Shown: positions 52,101 through 61,100 of the stretch, in pieces
Numbering within the stretch: the first letter of the stretch is position 1
How the letters are laid out: every line of letters starts with the position of its first letter
Assembly: GCA_020632535.1 (NCBI GenBank)
Contig: JACKFJ010000002.1
Span: 120,245 to 184,244, forward strand
Direction of reading: 5' to 3'
Origin: Candidatus Omnitrophota bacterium
GTDB lineage: Bacteria > Omnitrophota > Gorgyraeia > Zapsychrales > JANLHA01
Length of the DNA: 64,000 bases
Notes under the pieces: model-generated
Databases searched by the model: none
What the model was told of the DNA's origin: nothing
The model's input: only the letters and a program-made list of their open reading frames with translations
Position numbers and translations under genes: made by a program

Positions 52101-55100
52101 CCAAAGCCCATTTGACAGTTTCAAGTTCATCACCATTGTTGACCGCAGAGCTGGCAGATGTCGAATTTTTGGTTTGAATATATAACGGTTCATAGCTGCC
52201 ACGTTTTAGAAGCACCGACGTTTCATGCACTTGTTCCACATCGCCCCACATATCATGATCTTGTGTGCTATAAACAACAACATTAACTGTCTCAACGATA
52301 CGATCAACTCTGATCATGTCCGGTGTATATGAACCTTGTTGCAAGTTTTGAACATAAGCAATCTCACGCTGCATAATCGCGCCAATTTCATACTTAGAAA
52401 CAGACTGTAAAGCTTTTTGAAGTTCTTCAGCGCGGATCAAATGAATACCTTTTTCCTCTAAGATTTTACGATATTCGACGGCGTATGGTCGAAAGACCGA
52501 TTCAGTCGTTTCGTAATATAATGGGTCTTTGCTCGCCATCTCACGTTCACGTGCTGCATCTCTCCTCGCACGGATGTACATGATAAATCCAGCAACCACA
52601 CCAATAGCAACAAGCACAATTAAAACCATTTGACCGATTGTTAAATAAGCCGCGATAGCGGTGATTGCAGAAGATGATTTGATATCGGTCAAATTCTTAA
52701 CTTTGCTATCCGTACTTGCGCTAGAAGAATTTTCTTCACCCTTCTTATTTAAGGCTTTGATCTTTTCTTCTTCCTTTTTGATCTTTTCTGCGGCAACCCA
52801 CTGATTAATTTGTTCCATTTCCTTTTCTGCAGATTTTGAATCTTTTCCAAATGCGGCAAAGAAGAGAAGGCCGGCAATAAGTACAGGAGATAAAATACTC
52901 AAAAAGATCAACACTGAAACATTTAAAATCGTCGCTAAAAATACTGCTGGCAAAATCCATGCGGCAATAATACCGCCTGTTACAGCCAAAGTGTATTTCG
53001 TATTCTTAACATAACCATTTTCATTTGGACGATTAACACGAGTCTTAGCACCCAAATAAGCGATCTTAATAAAGATGCGGCTGCCCCAAACGCGTTCTTC
53101 AACCAATGTGCTATACAAGAAATCACGGAACCCTGTCAATGTCCATTTATTCACAGTCAAAACATTAGTAGCCCCGCTAGTAACCAAGGCAAAAATTGCA
53201 ACGACCATCAAAACGAAATTGATCAACTGCACTAAAGGATTGTTCCAATTGACAATACCAGTCACCACCATAAAGATGATTGAAGCAAAGAAGACTAAAA
53301 GACCTTTCCACCAACCAAACATAGCAAACAAATCCATACCCTTTAAGTGACGACGGGATTCGCCATTTATCGTCCCTGCTTTAATGCCAAACAGACGAGC
53401 GAGACCATCAAGCTTAAAGAATGCTAACCAACCATTAAATTTCGAAACAAACGTATTATATGCAAATGTACCCGTCAAGAATGACGTTGACGCAAGCATA
53501 TAGACTAAGGTAATTGCTGGACCAAACGGTGTCGTACTTAATAAAGCAAAGAACCAGCCGAGTTGACCAAGCATACCGACAAAGCCGTCGAATGGAAATG
53601 CTTTCTTAAACTTTGACAACATGATAAAGCCGAAGAGCATCACAATCGGAGCAATAATTAATAATGCTGTCGAAATCCAAAGCGAAGCAAATATATGCAA
53701 AATAACAGCGAATATTTCTAAGCCCACCCCAATTCCAAAAACAACTTTACCTGCATTCTCAGTACGATTAACATTCAAACTCAACACCTTGGTATTTTCA
53801 TAACGGGTCTCAACACTCCATTTACTTAAGTTTGGCTCTTTGGCGGTACGAATAAAGCTAAAACTTTCATTCGATGCATAAAAGACACCCTTAACGAAAC
53901 TGGCAATAAGATTGACATAGAATGGGAAGCCGGCCATCGTTTCAATCAGAGCCATCCAAATCGCCTTCAAGAAGCTACCCGTCAATCGTAATTGACGTAA
54001 GAAGTTATGCAAATTGATCGCTTGCATCAAGAATGTACTGACGCCGGCGAATAAGAGAATCGGCGTTAAAAACGCGAAAGAACTAAATGTCGCGCCAACC
54101 GGCAAGAAGATCAAGAGTAAGACAGCATTAATCGCAGTAAAGTAATGAGCAAAGAACCCTAAGTGAGCAAGCTTCACATCGTAACCAATATCTTTATTAG
54201 TGAAGACTTCAAATTGCCCACGATCCATCATAAAGCGAGTAACGTTAAAAGCGTAACGGGTTTCAGTAGCGTACAAGGATTCAGCCAAGAGTGAAGGACG
54301 GCCCCATTCAAACGTAAGCCAATCTACCTGTGTCGAAAGAACATTCGGATAAGAACGCTGCATAACTAAGAACGCGCCAGAGTCTTCACCCGGAGGTGTT
54401 AATAATGTATCGCCAGCCGCCGGTGTGATCAAAGCCTTACCGTAGAACGTTGTCATACCACGACGTGCTCTTTGAACATCAGACGTAAACGTTTCTTGAG
54501 AAACTTTGTATAAACGGGTAACAGGGAAAGCCCAATTGCTAGATGCCCAAATGCGCATGTTCGGGTTAACAACAACAATTTCCGGATTGCGGCCAACTAA
54601 AGAAGCCCATGATGTTGTATAAATGTTTTGCCCCGGATACACACGCACATGTGCGTCTAAGTTCATGCTACGTCCGTATGTTGCCCAGAGATTGATAACA
54701 ATATTACTGTTCTTCACACCCAAAACTGGATTATCTTTCGAGCGATCGTAGAACGGTAAGTAGATATCGTTCTTGATCGTTTCACGAATAACATATGTCA
54801 CGTGCATGGCTTGTTGCCAAGCGGCGATCCAAGCCGTCGGAAGCGTGCCAGTATTACGAGTACGAATGAAATCAACAATATTTTCACGACGGAACTGATC
54901 AAAAGTATCCGCAAGCGTAACCAAATCTTTAGCGCTAATCGTTTTTCCTTCACCACTCCAGAGTCCTTGTTCTTTTAAGAACGCAAGAAGGTTGGCAACT
55001 AAAGGAACTTGTGATTCGGCAAAGAAACCGGCAAATGGTCCTTCTTCTAATTTATATTGTCCATCATTTGTTTTACCCATCAATTGACCCCAGAGTAAAC

Positions 55101-58100
55101 CTTCACTGAATATGCCACGAACTTTTTCATTGGCTAATGCGCGATACATTTCATATCCTTGCATAAAGACTTCGCGAACGGCGACATCACGAACTTGTAC
55201 GGCACCTTCCGCATAAGCAGCGGTCAATGTCCGATACTTAGCTAAAACGTCATTTAATGCTCTAGCGTATTCGAAATCCGCATTTTCGTTAGCAAGATAA
55301 ATATGCATTTCATTGATGTTCTTAGCTTGACTACGGGCAACAGAAATGTTAGCCGGACGAACTTCATTCATCAATTCTTCAAGAGCCGTGATGACCATCA
55401 TAATTTCTTCCTGTGACAACCCTTGCTCAAATAAACGAATCAATTTTTGATTCATATTAGAAAATTCATCAGAGCCCTTGAATTCCTTGATAATCAATTG
55501 CAATTTGTCAGCGGATATTCTGCCGGCCAAAAGATTGATTTGATTATTGAATTCTTCCTTAAAACTACGAATCAAATAACCCAAGAGCGTGGTGTTGCTG
55601 ATATGACGCAAATCTTCACGATTCTTAATCAAATAATCTCTATCGCTTTTATTTAAATCCTTTATACCTGCGACAATTTCAACAACATCCAAATCTGTTT
55701 GTTTAGTTCCTTCGATAGATTGATAAGCAGCGGCAACGCGAGCAGCAGCAATAATGAATGCTTTTTCTTCAAGGCTTAAATTGACAGCCTTATTTACTAA
55801 AGCATTAAGATCTTCAACGCGGACTATCGATTCCACAATGGTAGTAATATCAGCTTGCTTCTTCTTATACTCAGCCAAAGTAATTCTCATGTTTTTCTTA
55901 TTACGAGCCAAAATCATACCCATCACAAGATTGATGAGTTTAAACTTATCTGGAATATCAAATGAACCGGATTGCATATCATTTTCAAAAATATGCGCGA
56001 AAAGTTCACCGTATGCGGCAACGTGACTGGATGTCGGCTGTAAATGTTCCACAACATCGGTGGCCGGTTTCATCTGGCTTAATGAGAAGAATTGCTGATA
56101 AAAGACTTCATAACCTTTTTCGGTATCAGGAAGCATAAACGTAAAGGCATTCGGATTAAGAATGACTTTGACATTCGCATCATAAACTTGCTTGCTGATA
56201 CGGCCTTCTTCTTTTTCGATTAAAAGCATGCGTAAGAAATAGTTCTCGATGGTTTCACCATTAGGCGTGATCGCGCCATAGCGGGCTTCGATTTCGAGAA
56301 ATTCTTGATACCATTTCGTATAGAATGCGCCATTCTTAATACCATTCATATCTCTATTTAATGCCTTCAATAACCAGATCGAACGGGCCGTTTTGCTCCA
56401 TGTCGTAGTATTCAAAAGCAAGTAACTCTTCACAACAGTAAATATATGCATAAAAGTAATTAAGGTCGGAACAAACATAAGCACGAATAATCCAGCTGTG
56501 ATCGCAAACCCTAATGTGCCAAAATGGATAACAGCAAATTTCCAGAAGACAAAATGGGTAATCCAACCTAAGTACAATGTTGTTGCAGTAAATGTTGCAA
56601 CCCATAACCATTTTTCAGATGAGAAACGAACCTTACCAGCCAAAAGCGTAGGTAATCCAGCCAAGAACATCATAAAGATATACCCTAAAGCCGCATAACG
56701 GGTAGCAACAATAATATATCCGCCGCCCAAAATACCAACCAAAGCTAAAGCGATCACTAACATACGCAAAGCTTTTGAATGAATGGCCCAGAAGTTTTCC
56801 AAGCTTCTAAATTTGCCCGGAATCTTCATGACAAAGCGAGCAATCAAAGCACCGAAGAACATCGGACCCAAGATACGGATACCAAACAGATGAATAATGC
56901 CGCGCTTATTATTTGTCATTTCATCTGCTTTAGCTGCATATGGAGACTTTTCTGCGCTTAACTTCATCGTTTCTTGTTTAAGCAAGCTTGTAAACGGGAT
57001 CACTGTTTTTCTAGCGTGATCCAAAATGTCAGAATATCCCAACTTTGTTTTTAAGAAAGCACCGTACAGCTCTTTATGCTTGGCAAGAATTTCTTCTAAA
57101 CGAACTGTAATCGCTTCGAATTTCTTTTCATTGGAAGCTTTATTGTCGGCACCAAATTCATGATCAAACATCGCAGTAATGACACCATTAAATTGAACCA
57201 AACCTTGCTCACCCTTGTTTGCCAAACGGTCAAAAAGATCATGCACGTCAGTATCAACAAGGATCTCATACAAATGAAATTCAGCTTGGGCTTGTTCGAG
57301 CGGCGGCTGTGTAACTAATTTCCATAAACCAGCACCAAAATGAAGCGGCGCATACCAATTATTCAAATGGAATAAAGCCTTCCAAAAACGAGCATAAGTG
57401 TGAATATGCTCCATAACAAAAGCGGCGTCCTTACCTATAGAAAGATTTTTAGCCGCTTCGCGAACAATAAACAGCGTTAATGGATAGTTGAATGTTGTCC
57501 CACCCAATGAATATTCATTGGTTTCGCTCGGAGGAGATTGTAACAATTTCACAAAGATATGTTCAAAAACCGTTGTTGCTTCAACATTCGGAGTTGTCGG
57601 ATACGGATTATACTTTGCGGTTAAAACTTCGCCAGCTTTAGCGATGCGAGACGGATACAAGGTGAAGAATCTCTTTAATTCGCCAACAACGCTAACAAAG
57701 AGCTCATTGATAAATGCAGCATTTTTAATTGTGCTCTTTGAATAAGCATTAAATGTCTTATTAAGAACCTCATCAAAAAGTGTTCTGGCGATGCGAGTCT
57801 TAACACTTTCGACAAAGAGTCTCATGCTCGCTCTTTGGCCGTGACGTGCAACATACGCCTGAGCTTGACCAGCAAACACAGCATCGGTTTCATCACCAAA
57901 GTATTGTGTATCAATTAAATGCGCCAAAACACGGACAGCTGGTGTTGGCAAGAGCGTGTTTAAATCTTCGCGGATATCTTGACCTGCCGCCAATGCCTGA
58001 AGCGTACGATTTTCGACTTCGATAACAAGTGCTTTCAATAACTGTGCCCAACGCAAACTGTCATTATTAATATTGATCTGCAAACGACCATTAATACTTT

Positions 58101-61100
58101 GCAATTCTTTTTCACTGATTAAATTACGAGTAATAAGTTCCTTTAAGACAATCGCCGGAGAATAACCCTTAGCGGCCGCAACAAAAATTTGAGCTTTCAA
58201 GGATTTCTTAAGATTAAACTTCACAGCAACCTCACGTAAGCGCGGATCAATTTCTTTAATATCTTTGAAACTTAAGCGGCCACTAATAACCATTCTAATG
58301 ACAGCTTTTAATTCTGTGACTGTTAAAATACGCGCCGATCCTAAATATCTAATCAATTCCTTCCGAACTTTATATTTGCTGTCGATATTGATCGTCAAAT
58401 TAAAGACTGAATTCATCTGACGAATGATGATCAATGCCGTCGCGATGCTGTGTGTCATACCCTTGATCTTCATCAACTGAGCATACGTAGCAAAGTTCGC
58501 ATTCTTGCGGAAACTAGACTGACGAACGAATTTCATCACCCAAACAACAGCGTACGGCGCGGTAAAGAAGATCGCGATAAGTGCTAAAATTCCAAAGCCC
58601 CAAACTGTGCCAGTATTGTATTGACGAGCGCCTTCGTTAAAGATTTCTTTCGGAATCGGTAACCCTTGGCTAACGTAAAGTGTTAAGATTTCGCTACCTT
58701 TAGCTTCAAATGCTAAACGAATATCCTTAACGTTGTCGCCGTCTTTCATAAAGCTAAACGGATTATGGATTCCGCCGATCGTGATGGCTCCGATACCGGC
58801 ACGTTCCAATAACCACGTTGTCGGAGCATTACGAATTTTATCTCCCAGCGTATTGTCATAAACATCCAAATTCGTCGAAGTTCCATCAATACGGGCAAAT
58901 AAACGACCATTTTTCAAAATACGGATATCCGGAGAAGCCACCGGAGTTGGCGATTGGATATTCTCCTGCAACATCACAAAAATATTCCCGCGAATCTTAT
59001 CTGGCCAAGCACGAATCGTATACAAGCTATACAATTCTTCTTTAAGCGGGTCACCTTGATTAATACCGAAGAAGTTCTCAAATCCTCGGACCACTTTGTC
59101 TTCCAAAGTTAACGGTGTGTTTTCATTAAATAAAGCACGATAAATATCCTTAGCATTGCGCGGTAAGCGAGTTGTCCACATCGGCAAACCGTCACGAGAA
59201 GAAATCTTATATTCTTCATCAACACGGAACTCATCAACAACGCCAGTCTTGTAGTTAAAGAGAATCAAGATGTTTTCATTCTTATATTCAAGACCGTCAC
59301 GATAATCTTCCGTAACATCATAGATATATTGATAAATATTTTTGTCCTGAACAATGCGATGCGTGCGATATACGGTCGCACGAACGATGCGCCCTAACTC
59401 TTCGTTGTACGAAGTTTCACCCGAAGCAATACCCGGCGGGACATCAAGAGACTTGCCGTTACGATCAATCGTCGGTTCATATTTCATGAAGCGCCAATCG
59501 CCGCTATCAAACTTGACAAAGTCGCGTGATAAAGGATCGCGAGCACCTAAGTAACGGGTAAGAACCGGTGCTAGAATCTGTTCAGTCGCTGGATCAATAA
59601 TCAAATTACGCTTGATCTTAATTAATTTTTCTTGAGTAAAGACACCCGCATTCTCGCTGCGCAATCTATTCATAGTTGCAGAGGAAAGGTTAATTTCATT
59701 CTTGAAGAAATCTTGGACAGTCATTTCGCCATCTTGGTCTGTTTCTTGTTTGAAGATCTGACCAAGATAAGAATACTCATAAGCAACCGTTGAGTTTTGA
59801 CCAGCCCACACTGTGTTAATGATCGTATTCGGATTCTGATCGCTCGTGATAAAGACGAGAACACGAGCCAAAGGATCTTCTTTAATGCGGAAGAAGAAGC
59901 GAGTTCCATCTTCATTGAAAGTAACGCGACCCTTCACGAAGCTGAATTTATCAGCATTAGCTTTATCTCCGGTCAATTCAAGAGCAACCAATTCAAGAGC
60001 ACCGCGCAATTTTGCGCGAGCATTGGCTTTAAGATTGTCCGCAAAAACCAAATCTTGCATAAGCGCGTCTAAGGCAACGTCTAAATTGCCTGTGGCTTTA
60101 AATTCCTTAACGCTATAACCGCGAATGACTTCTTTATCAAGTTTAAAGCTATCGCCTTCTTTAAACGCTAAGTACGTTTGGCGGGTCGTCTTTTTATCAT
60201 CGATCGTATTTTCATGTTCGATACGGAATTCGATCAGATACCCTTCGCGCTTGACATATTCCGGTAAACGGTCAATTTGAGCGACAACAGTATCTTTGCT
60301 TTCATTAACAAGGAAGGAGCGAACAAACTTGTTTTCATGATCACGTTCTTCGGAAATAACGAACTGATCATTATTCATAAATTGCAATTCTTGTGACAAT
60401 TGATTCAACGTCTGCTTCGTGCGAGATGTTTTTCCAACCACATCATTCGCGTTAACCACGGCTAAAACTTCTCCATTGCGAGTGATGATTTCATAATCGC
60501 CTAAAACATTCGTTTGATAATAATAAATCGGACGAACTTCATCTTTGTTGTAACCGATTACGATTTTACCGTAAATCTTCTGATCGCCGGCGTTGACCTT
60601 AATCGTCTCATTGGTGTAATACGATTCAAGATATGTTTCACCCTTGGTATCGACACCAAACACACGCTGAATAATACCAATATGATCTTTACGTTCTGTC
60701 ATCGTGATTTCTTTATTATCAATCGTCACAGCGCCCTGTTGAGTCGTGTAAGCAATCGGCTTAATTACAGCCTGGCTGCCTAATAATTTCTTATTGAATT
60801 CTGCTAAGCGATAAATTTCACCACGTTTTTCGTTAAGGACAACTTCGGCTTCCGCGTTTTGTGTTTCATATGGAAGGTAAACACGAACCATCTTGCGATC
60901 ACCACCATTACCTAAGAGCGTGATCGATTTAGCGGTTTGGCGAATCGCAGCGAAGTTTTCTGTCTTTTCAAATTCTGCGATTGGAACATAGTAAGATGTC
61001 TTTTTCTCATCTTTTCCGATGACCAAATAATGTGTCGCTTGTAAAAGATCTAATGTCGCATCTCCAACCGTGTTGTAATCCAAAAGGCCAAGCAATGTTG

